Source: Octopus vulgaris
Lineage: Eukaryota
Direction: 5' to 3'
NCBI GenBank assembly: GCA_951406725.2
Contig: OX597841.1
Location: forward strand, 1,488,001 to 1,552,000
Length of the DNA stretch: 64,000 nt
Part shown: positions 53,620-64,000 of the stretch, piece after piece
Layout of the letters: the number at the start of each line of letters is the position of its first letter
How positions within the stretch are numbered: position 1 is the first letter of the stretch
Notes under the pieces: generated by a model
The model's database searches: none
The model's input: the letters and a program-made list of their open reading frames with translations, nothing else
What the model was told of the DNA's origin: nothing
Translations under genes and position numbers: made by a program

Positions 53620-54011
53620 TCTTTATATATAAAAGAGAGGTTGTGTGCTGTCTGTCTCCTACGATTTAGATTCCTAACTCCCACATTTTGCGGTGCAGTT
53701 TAACCAAAACCGGGTATCTTATAGTCGTGATTCATATCGAGCCCTTCTGGGTATTAGCACGTGTCTACGATGAGTCTATGATTTTAAAAAAATTTACCAT
53801 CAATTTTTCCCATTTTTAATGCATTTTTGGCATATATAAGGGAAGTAACTCTCTAAAAATTTACTATTAAATCTCAGAACATAAAAAGCTACAGTAACAC
53901 CCTCCCCTTTGTGGTTAGCCATATTGAGATGGCTATTATACTTTACATCTCTAAAAATGCTTATATAGTTATTTCCCTTACAAACCAGAGCAACGCCGGC
54001 GATACTGCTAG
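53620..54011 (+). mobile_element. Non-autonomous Helitron, different internal insert
   Basis: Same termini as the other copies; unique middle at about 53860-53950. Confidence 0.8.
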
Positions 54012-54012
54012 A

Positions 54013-54048
<36 letters not shown>

Positions 54049-54054
54049 ATGTGT

Positions 54055-54351
54055 GGAGGCGCAATGGCCCAGTGGTTAGGACATTGGACTCCTGGTTGTA
54101 GGATCGCGGTTTCGATTCCCAGACCGGTCGTTGTGAGTGTTTATTGAACGAAAATACCTAAAGCTCCGTGAGGCTCAGGCAGGGAGTGGTGGCGAACCCT
54201 GCTGTAGTCTTTCGCCCCAACTTTCTCTCATTCTTTCGTTTGTTGGCCTGCTCGCTTAGCCAGCAGGGTGGCGTCATTTAAAGGCTAAAACAATGTGAAG
54301 CGCATTGTGACCAGCGATGTATAGCAACATCTGATAACCTGGTCGGTCATG

Positions 54352-54388
<37 letters not shown>

Positions 54389-54678
54389 AGGTGTAATGGC
54401 CCAGTGGCTAGGGCAGTGAACTTGAGTTTGTAGGATTGCAGTTTCAATTCCCAGACCGGTCCTTGTGAGTGTTTATTGAACAAAAACGCCTAAAGCAGGG
54501 AGTGGTAGTGAACCCCGTTGTACTCTTTCACTATGACTTTCTCTCACTCTTTCTTCCAGTTTCTTTTGTACCTGTATTCCAAAGGGGCCAGCCTTGTCAC
54601 GCTGAACCTCCCTAAGAACTACATTGAGGGTACACATGTCTGTGGAGTGCTCAGCCACTTGCTCATTAATTTTATGAG
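54055..54678 (+). mobile_element. Two copies of the third SINE family (54055-54355, 54387-54678) with different 3' parts
   Basis: ggaggcgcaatggcccagtggttagg head repeated; the 3' halves diverge. Confidence 0.75.
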
Positions 54679-54799
54679 CATATATACACAATAGGCTTCT
54701 TTCAGTTTCCATGTACCAAATCCATTCACAAGGGTTTGGTCTGCCCGAGGCTATAGTAGAAGACACTTGCCCAAGGTGCCACGCTATGGGACTGAACCT

Positions 54800-54844
<45 letters not shown>

Positions 54845-54997
54845 TTTTTTGCGTAATGAGATAAAAAAACCAAGGCTGTATAGATATTAGAGCATTTATA
54901 GATAGAAAGTTTTACAGCTGTTTCTAGAATATTAATTAATAATAATATCCCTTCTTCGGAGACGGTGTGAGGGGACAAGTTAAGTCATAGTTAGTTT

Positions 54998-55035
<38 letters not shown>

Positions 55036-55040
55036 GCATA

Positions 55041-55074
<34 letters not shown>

Positions 55075-55075
<1 letters not shown>

Positions 55076-55467
55076 CTTTATATATAAAAGTCAAGTTGTG
55101 TGTCTGTCTCCTACGGTTTAGATTCCTAACTACTCCCACATTTTGCAGTGCAGTTTAGCTAAAACCGGGTATCTTATAGTCGTGATTCATATCGAGCCCT
55201 TCTGGGTATTAGCGCGCGTCTACGATGAGTCTACGATTTAAAAAAGATTTACCATTTTTTCCATTTTAATGCATTTTTTTCGCTATTATATAAGGGAAGT
55301 AACTCTCTAAAAATGTCTACGATGAGTCAACGATTTAAAAAAAAATTTACCATCATTTGTTTTCCATTTTTGATGCATTTTTTGCTATTTTTTGGCTATA
55401 GCTCTCTAAAAATGCTTATATAGTTATTTCCCTTACAAACCCGAGCAACGCCGGGCGATACTGCTAG
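55075..55467 (+). mobile_element. Non-autonomous Helitron with internal duplication
   Basis: A|TC...CTAG|T; repeated ctacgatgagtc...tgcatttt block. Confidence 0.83.
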
Positions 55468-56561
55468 TATACTATAAGTATGTACCTGTGATGTGTTATA
55501 TTTATACTGAGTGAAATTAATCAAATACAGTTCATGGTGGGGATGGAGGTGGTGGTAGGGATGTTACTGAGGAGAGTCGCAACAAAGAGAAAGACTAACA
55601 GAAAGGAGGAAAGAGAGAGAGAGGTGGAGGGGGAGAGGGTAGGAAGAGACTAGCATTCACATGAGAGAGAGAGAGAGAGTAAGTTGTGAAAAATGTTAAG
55701 TGATGATGATGATGATGATTATATCTATTTGTTTTGTTTTTAATGACTGTTGTTTATGTGTCGGTCAGTAGTCATAGTAGTCAGTAGTGGTGGCCACAAC
55801 ATGGCTCAGTCGCAAACATTTTCCATTAAGATGCATGTCTTCAATGATACGGATCTTTTTGCTTGCTTTTTATAAAATTTCAGTCTACGAAAATGTACTG
55901 TTTTGCTGTGTTTCATTTGTGTGTGTGTGTGTGTCTGTGTGTGTGTGTGTGCATGTGTGCGTGTGTGTATGTGTGATTGAGTGCATGTTTATCTGTGCAT
56001 GTATGAGTGTCTGTCTGTAAGCGTGTGTGTGTGTATGAGTGTCTTTGTGTATGTGTGTGTGCAAGTGTGTGTCTGTGTTTGTGTATGAGTGTGTGTATGT
56101 GTATGTGTGAGTGTATTTGTCTCTGTGTGTGTATGTGTGTGTGCATGTCTGTATGTGTGTATGTGTCTGTGAGTGTGTATGAGTTTATGTGTGTGTCTAT
56201 GTGTGTGTGTGTCTGTGTGTGTGTATGTGTCTGTGAATGTGTGTGTGTGCACGTGCACACATACGTGTGCGTGCCTGTGTGTGCCTGTGTGTGGCTGTGT
56301 CTCTGTGAGTGATCCAATTAAGCTAACGAAGGACTTAATCCAGCCCATCTTCTTTCATTAGTTTCAACTGTTTTGGTTCCACTTCATTTCTTCTGTCGTT
56401 GCTCATCAATGATTTTTATCTGTGATTGATTCTATTGGAAGGACACTTTATCAGAGCAGCATCTAGAGTTGCATTTTAACATTGTGGGGCTGAAAAATAT
56501 TTGATGTTGCTTATGTAGGTAGGAAACAATATGTGTATATGCGTGTATATATGTGTGTACA

Positions 56562-57088
56562 CAGTGGCAGGCTGGGTCTAAAAATATTGGTTGCCAGGAA
56601 ACTAAGGGAACCCGCCCACAACTACAAGAGGGCCCAGCCACAACTACAATGCAATCTTTAATTTTTTTTTGTTAACCCTTTCGTCACCATATTTATTTTG
56701 AGATGTTCTGTGTTTCTTTCAATTAATTTTAAATATAACGACGAATTTAGTAAAATAGCTTCATTATCATTAAGCAAGTGTTAGGAACATAAATTGTGAC
56801 TAAGGTTTGGTGGAAGAATTTTGATTCAAAACTTATGAAAACAAGACATTTGTACGACAGAGCCAGAGGCGGTTTCCACGGGGTTGGTATTGAAAGGGTT
56901 ACAAGTATTCTTTTCCACTGTCTACAAACACAGCCAGGCTGAAATAATGTATTCTTCCGGGAGTGAATAAAAAATTCCCAAACTTGAGGAGATGGGCCTC
57001 TTATATATGGGCCCCATATATGGACTCTATTGGGGCAGGGGCCCCCCTTGCCATGGGGCATGCTGGCAACCTGGGCAGTCCACCACTG
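56562..57088. mobile_element. hAT-like MITE containing a nested piggyBac-like MITE
   Basis: TIRs cagtggcaggctg / cagtccaccactg; 8-bp flanks tgtgtaca / tctgtata (6/8); GGGCCC subterminal motifs. Confidence 0.55.
56676..56898. mobile_element. piggyBac-like MITE
   Basis: TTAA|ccctttcgtcacca ... tggtattgaaaggg|TTAC. Confidence 0.65.
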
Positions 57089-57092
57089 TCTG

Positions 57093-57123
<31 letters not shown>

Positions 57124-57160
57124 CTGTGTGTAGTTTGGACATCTATATATATATATATAT

Positions 57161-57500
57161 AACAATTGCAGCGTGGAAGGTGTTTATAAGCTATTTAAGA
57201 AACACACAAAACCGTTAGATTCACCTCAACATTTAAATTTAATTTGTCAAAATATTTTCGTCGCTTTGAGACCGCGACCTGTTCACTGACAAAACTTCAT
57301 GCTGCATTGTCAGTGAACAGGTCGCGGTCTCAAAGCAATGAAAATATTTTGACAAATTAAATTTAAATTTTGAAGTGAATCGAACGGCTTTTGTGTGTTT
57401 CTTAAATGGCTTATAAACACCTTCCACGCTGCAATTGTTTTCGTTCCAGCACACAATCACAGATCAGGTCACTTGCTATGCAAGTACATCTCCGTAATAT
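57161..57500. mobile_element. Penelope-like fold-back + tail (G3:C8 hammerhead family)
   Basis: As 45332-45683; the left arm has an intact fold on the minus strand. Confidence 0.7.
57243..57293 (-). ncRNA. Minimal type-I hammerhead-like motif with G3:C8 core
   Basis: tttgtca-GTGAACA-G-GTCGC-ggtctcaaa-GCGAC-GAAA-ATAT-TT-tgacaaa. Confidence 0.6.
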
Positions 57501-58091
57501 ATATATGTGTGTGTGTATAAAGAAAGAGAGAATGAGGGTGGTGACAAAGAAAATAAGATATTCGCCTAGAATCTGTTTGCTAATTAATCAATTTCTATAC
57601 ATATGTGCACACACACACACACACACACATATCTCCTCTCTTGTTTTTCTGTTATATATCATCTTCAGTCTTCATAATCACCATTTAAGATCATTGTTTC
57701 TCTGCGTGCATGGGTCACACGAAATTTGTTGAAATTTTCTACGGCTGGATGCCTTTCCTGTTGCTAATCCTCACCTCTTTCCAAGCAAGATATTCTCCCA
57801 TAGCCAGATAGGTTTCTTTTTTTTTTTTTTTTTCCATGGAAAGCTGAAAATGAGAAAACTTGTTTGTACGTCAACAATGCTCGTTTGCAATCATCATGCA
57901 ATGTCAAGATAACATTACACATTAACACACACATATACATGCATATGCATGGACACACACATGCACACACACACATACACAATCATCATTGTTGCTATTT
58001 TTATGAAAAGAATGACATCACACAATGTCAAAACAATGAGACACATGGACACGTATACAAATATATTTATATACACAAACATATATATATA

Positions 58092-58258
58092 TAGGCGCAG
58101 GAGTGGCTGTGTGGTAAGTAGCTTGCTAACCAACCACATGGTTCCGGGTTCAGTCCCACTGCGTGGCATCTTGGGCAACTGTCTTCTGCTATAGCCCCGG
58201 GACGACCAATGCCTTGTGAGTGGATATGGTAGACGGAAACTGAAAGAAGCCTGTCGTA

Positions 58259-58299
<41 letters not shown>

Positions 58300-58515
58300 T
58301 TGTGTGTCTGTGTTTGTCCCCCTAGCATTGCTCGACAACCGATGCTGGTGTGTTTACGTCCCCGTCACTTAGCGGTTTGGCAAAAGAGACCGATAGAATA
58401 AGTACTGGGCTTACAAAGAATAAGTCCCGGGGTCGATTTGCTCGACTAAAGGTGGTGCTCCAGCATGGCCGCAGTCAAATGACTGAAACAAGTAAAAGAG
58501 TAAAAGAGTAAAGAG
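58092..58515 (+). mobile_element. CORE-type SINE, full length
   Basis: Matches 16183-16570; tail (agtaaaag)x3. Confidence 0.87.
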
Positions 58516-58555
58516 TATATATTTATGCATGTATGTATATATAATAATAATCATT

Positions 58556-58880
58556 AACAAGAGTACTCAGATAGCGCAAACCTCTGCCAAGGCAACACCA
58601 ATGTCCTCTCAACAATTAGCCAGGGATGATTTCTGCTCTCACGAATGAGAATACTAAAAATGAACCCAACCACTCTCAAAAATTAAGTAAAAAACCTGGG
58701 AAAATAATCCAGAATCCTTCTTTAGTACCAGACTGAGCCCAAAGTTTAATCAGTTCATCCTAATCATGAGGCCAAACATCTCTGAAAGTTTCATCCAAAT
58801 CCATCCAGCGGTTCTTGAGATATCATCTCCGTGGACAAACAGACAGACAATACCTCTACCTTTGCTAAGGTGGAAGTAAT
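58556..58880 (+). mobile_element. Helentron-associated (HINE/DINE-1-like) non-autonomous element; partial second copy at about 63570-63700
   Basis: Subterminal cctctgccaagg, tttcatccaaatccatccagcggttcttgag block, (gaca)n, 3' hairpin tacctctacctt...aaggtggaagta. Confidence 0.55.
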
Positions 58881-58949
58881 AATTATGCTATTCTTATTCT
58901 AGTTGTAACATTCTCTGAGCATCCACCTCCACTATTAACTTGGTCACCT

Positions 58950-59170
58950 CTGGCAGAAACGTTAGCACGCTGGGCGAAATGCACAGCCGTAATTCGCCTG
59001 TCGCTACATTCTGAGTTCAAATTCCGCCGAGGTCGACTTTGCCTTTCATCCTTTCGGGGTCGATTAAATAAGTACCAGTAAATCACTGGGGTCGATATAA
59101 TCGACTTAATCCCCTTGTCTGTCCTTGTTTGTCCCCTCTATGTTTAGCCCCCTGTGGGCAATAAAGAAAT
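58950..59170 (+). mobile_element. Tail-B SINE monomer
   Basis: Head + one body ending aaagaaat. Confidence 0.82.
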
Positions 59171-59499
59171 AAATAATTATGTGTGTGTGTGTGTGTGTGT
59201 AATAGAATAAAAGTATAAACAGGTGAACTCTGGTAGCAGGTCAGATTATGATACTTAAATATTTAAATATTGACCCAAAATGAGGATGGAGTTAAATGCC
59301 AGAGGAATTTAGATGACAAGAGGTCGATAAGAGACCAGTGGAGGAGGAATGTTCATAATGGTCATACTATGTTCTAGTATTCTTCTGGATATTACATGGT
59401 AAGTCCAAATTATTTGTATAAGATAAAGCTGGTCGTCACAGCTGGAATTGAAAGCTGGATGAGAAGAAAGAAAGAAAGAAGATGTGTAGATACATACCT

Positions 59500-59910
59500 A
59501 TTTCTTTGCTACCCATAAGGGGCTAAACACAGAGGGGACAAACAAGGACAGACAAACGGATTAAGTTGATTATATCGACCCCAGTGTGCAACTGGTACTT
59601 AATTTATTGACCCAAAAGGATGAAAGGCAAAGTCGACCTCAGCGGAATTTGAACTCAGAACGTAGTGGCAGATGAAATAACTATTTCTTTACTACCCACA
59701 AGGGGGTAAACATAGAGGGGACAAACAAGGACAGACAAATGGATTAAGTCGATTATATCGACTCCAGTGCGCAACTGGTACTTAATTATTCGACCCCGAA
59801 AGGATGAAAGGCAAAGTCGACCTTGGCGGAATTTGAACTCAGAACGTTAACGGCAGACGAAATACAGCTAGGCACTTCGCCCGGCGTGCTAACGATTCTG
59901 CCAGCTCGCC
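59500..59910 (-). mobile_element. Tail-B SINE dimer with 18-bp TSD
   Basis: atgtgtagatacatacct at 59482-59499 and 59919-59936. Confidence 0.88.
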
Positions 59911-60823
59911 GAGCAGGTATGTGTAGATACATACCTGCTCAACTGAAACACTGCTCGTAGCCAATCTTCATTAGTCAGCTATAACATCCATGGTTTCTTA
60001 GTTGTGGTTCAAGTTGGAGTTAAACAGCAACTCAACCTGAGCGCAAGTTTCTGTGTACCTATCGTCCTATGTCATCAGATGTAATATTACCTGAATACAA
60101 TGTATGTATGTATGTATGTTTATCTTTTGTTTTTAGCCACTTGAATTCTTCCTCTGTAGAAGGAGCTGGTTTCTAGCAAAGATACAAAGCTCCATCTTTG
60201 GAATGTAGATAATGAAAACAATGTCTCATTTTAAACCTGGGAAAAGTCTCGCGTATTTTTACTGTTCCGCTTACAGATTGTATTTATAATGTATAAATGT
60301 GTGTGTATGTATGTATGTATGTATGTGTGTGTATGTATGTATGTGTTTGTGTGTGTATGTATGTGTGTATGTATGTATGTGTGTGTGTGTGTATGTATGT
60401 ACGTACGTATGTATGTATGTATGTACGTACGTATGTATGTATGTATGTATGTACGTATGTACGTATGTATGTACGTATGTATGTATGTGTGTGTGTGTGT
60501 GTGTGTGTGTATGTATGAATGAATGAACATTTATGTACTTCTTCGACCTGCTAGAGACAGTAGCTATGTTTCCCTCAAACAACACCCTGTCGTCTTTAAA
60601 AAGATGGTAAGAGCGGCGTGCTTAGAATGCTTGGAAGTGTACCAGGCCTGGGATTAAACAACAACAGCAAAAGGCTGTGCCCACGCTGGAGCTGCCACAA
60701 CCGTCTAAATAAGTACTGAATTCTATAGCAACACGCCGACTCTATTTATGGATTTAAGTTGGCCTGAGTTATGTACCTTTAAAGTCTCAAGATATTTCTA
60801 CTACTACATACAAACAATGAGAC

Positions 60824-60837
60824 ATACATACATACAT

Positions 60838-60868
<31 letters not shown>

Positions 60869-61400
60869 TACATACATACATACATACATACATACATACA
60901 TACATACATACATACATACATACATACATACATACATACATACATACATACATACATACATACATACATACATGCGTACATACATACATACACACATACA
61001 TACATACATACTTACAAACATGCATACATACATAAATAAATACATACATACATACGTACGTACATACATACATATATACATACATAAATACATACATACA
61101 TAAATACATACATACATACATACATACATACATACATACATACATACATACATACATACATACATACATACATACTTACATACATACATACTTACATACA
61201 TACATACATACATACATACTTACATACATACATACACACATACATACATACATACATACATACACACATGCATACATACATACATACATACATACATACA
61301 TACATACATACATGCATACAAACATACCTACATATATACATACATACATACATACAGACAAACATACATACATACATACATATAAATACATACATACATA
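60824..61400. repeat. (CATA)n array; the inverse (TATG)n array lies at about 60290-60520
   Basis: Direct reading. Confidence 0.93.
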
Positions 61401-62152
61401 CATCTACAGACATACAGGCATACATAAATGCAAACATACATACATGCATATATACACACAACTATAAATTCATACATATAAACATATGTACATACCTGCA
61501 AATATAAATCCATTTGTATAAACGTATATAAATACATACACGCATGCCTAAACACACAAGCATATATATACAAATACATACATACATACATACATGCATC
61601 AAATACCTATTTACACACTTACATATAAACATACACATGTGTGTGTGCATGTGTGTATACACTTACAGACACACACACACAAACATGTATGTGTGTGTGT
61701 ATCATCATCATCATCATCATCATCGTTTAACGTCTGCTTTCCATGCTAGCATGGGTTGGACGTATGACTGTGGGCTGGCGAACCAGATGGCTGCACCAGG
61801 CTTCAATCTTGATCTGGCAGAGTTTCTACAGCTGGATGCCCTTCCTAACGCCAACCACTCCGAGAGAGTAGTGGGTGCTTTTACGTGCTACCGGCATGAG
61901 GGCCAGTCAGGCAGCACTGGCAACGACCTCGCTCGAATCTTTTACACATGCCACCGGCGTGGGTGCCAGTGAAGCAATGCTGGTAACGCCTCGTATAAGA
62001 GTTTAACTTCGGTCCTTCCATTAGACTCCTCACTCATATCATTATTGATCTGACCAAGAGTTTAACTACAGTCCTTCCATAAGCACTTACACAATGTTAC
62101 CTGTCACCTTTGGCCTTCTGGATACCAATACTTCTCATATATGAATGTATAT

Positions 62153-62555
62153 ATTTCTTTACTGCTCACAAGGGGCTAAACATAGAGGGGACAAACAAGG
62201 ACGAAGGAATTACAATGACCCCAGCTGCAAAACTGGTACTTTATTTATCAACCTCGAAAGGATGAAAGGCAAAGTCAACCTCGGCGGAATTTGAACTCAG
62301 AACGTAAAGACAGATGAAATACCTATTTCTTTACCACCCACAAGGGGCTAAACACAGAGGGGACAAACAAGGACAGACATAGGTATTAAGTCGATTACAT
62401 CGACCCCAGTGCGTAACTGGTACTTTATTTATCGACCCCGAAAGGATGAAAGGCAAAGTCGACCTCGGCGGAATTTGAACTCAGCACATAACGACAGACG
62501 AAATACTGCTAAACATTTCGCCCAGCGCGCCATCGTTTCTGCCAGCTCGCCGCCT
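62153..62555 (-). mobile_element. Tail-B SINE dimer with 13-bp TSD
   Basis: tatgaatgtatat at 62140-62152 and 62558-62570; same junction. Confidence 0.87.
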
Positions 62556-62900
62556 TTTATGAATGTATATGTACACACACACGCTGAGCGTTTTCCTACT
62601 AGTGTCCACCAAATCCACTCCCCAGGGACAAATATTGATGCTTAGAGCCCAATATTTCTTGATATTTTCTTCTTCCTCTCTCTATCTATGGAAGAATACT
62701 AAGTTTACACTCCGACTAAGTGTGAAGGGTTTTCATCAAAAACTGGCCCTTTCTTGGTTTGTTTGTTTGTTTATTGATTTAAAAAAATTTTGTTGCTATT
62801 ATTATTATTATTATCAACATCATCATCATTATTATCTTTATTATTATTGTTTTCCACATTTTTTTTTTTGCCTTTTTGATTTTTTTTTTTTGTTGGCTAG

Positions 62901-62934
62901 TCTTCAACAAACAACATCAGACCTCTTAGTGAAG
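62901..62934 (+). CDS. Candidate 34-nt exon (SSTNNIRPLSE if phase 0)
   Basis: Long poly-T tract ending ttggctag| and donor AAG|gtaaat; open in phase 0, compatible with the 40276 donor (also open in another frame). Short, so chance is possible. Confidence 0.42.
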
Positions 62935-63197
62935 GTAAATAGAGAAGGAAGTATTTCATTTGTTTATTCATGTTTCATATTCTAAGATGTGTGTGTGTGT
63001 GTGTGTGTGTGAATACACTTGTATGTGTGTGCATGTGTGTGTGTTATACATATTTATATCCTTATATACATGCATATGCTATGTATATTTATATGCATAC
63101 ACACGCACAGATACATACATACATACATATATATATATACACACATACATATATATATACATACATACATATATATACACATACATATATATATGTG

Positions 63198-63230
<33 letters not shown>

Positions 63231-63234
63231 ATAC

Positions 63235-63305
<71 letters not shown>

Positions 63306-63341
63306 GAAACAGTTTTAATTTGGTTTATCCATTCAATCATA

Positions 63342-63403
<62 letters not shown>

Positions 63404-63720
63404 ATATATGTGTGTGTGTGTATATATTAATACATATGTGTGTTCATGTTGTCATTTCTCTGGTTTCATTTGACATGGGTTGTTTTTTTGTGTTTGTTTA
63501 AAATGCTCTTGGCTTCATAATTCTTCCTCTGATACTTACTTCACTATATACACACACGCACACATACACTAAAACCGGAAAAAAACTAATCCAGAATCGT
63601 TGTCCGGTACTGGATTGATCCAAAAATCTAATCAATTCACGCCAGTAATGAGGCCAAACATCCCTGAAATTTTCCATCCAGCAGTTCTTGAGCTATCCAG
63701 ATTTCTGAGTACCTCATTTC

Positions 63721-63757
<37 letters not shown>

Positions 63758-64000
63758 GTATGTGTATATATATATATAAATCAGAAATATTAAATTTCTA
63801 AATCTCTCATAGAGATATGTACGGTGGTAGGGCGATAGAGTGGTTGTATACTGTCAACTTAACATGACAGTAGGGGATTACAGCACCGCTGTTTAACCCT
63901 AGGAAGCATCAACGCTTCCTGTCGGCTTCGACACATTTAAGCCGACAGGAAGCGTCAATGCTTCCTATGGCTAAACAGCGGTGCCGTAATCCCCTACTGT

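Overview
Eukaryotic, very AT-rich, microsatellite-saturated genomic DNA. The SINE families and repeat landscape strongly resemble an octopod cephalopod; this is an inference, not a database result. One + strand protein-coding gene crosses the window. It has a 1547-nt exon (26707-28253) encoding a Ser/Pro-rich, low-complexity region, then two small exons (39125-39252, 40140-40276) whose splice phases match exactly, and possibly a 34-nt exon at 62901-62934. I cannot name the protein. Most of the remainder is intron/intergenic DNA built from simple repeats and transposon debris: four tRNA-derived/RTE-type SINE families, five non-autonomous Helitrons, a deleted mariner carrying nested insertions, RTE, CR1 and R4/Dong LINE fragments, and hAT/piggyBac-type MITEs. 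Two features stand out. (1) Several unrelated short 'fold-back + one-sided tail' elements (Penelope-like termini) carry minimal type-I hammerhead ribozyme folds, each family with a different non-canonical catalytic core, including compensatory G3:C8 and U3:A8 swaps. (2) One SINE family inserts as head+(body)n concatemers with a fixed junction and 3' ends that run past the junction, suggesting a circular or multimeric RNA template. Nearly all long ORFs in the track are microsatellite artefacts.
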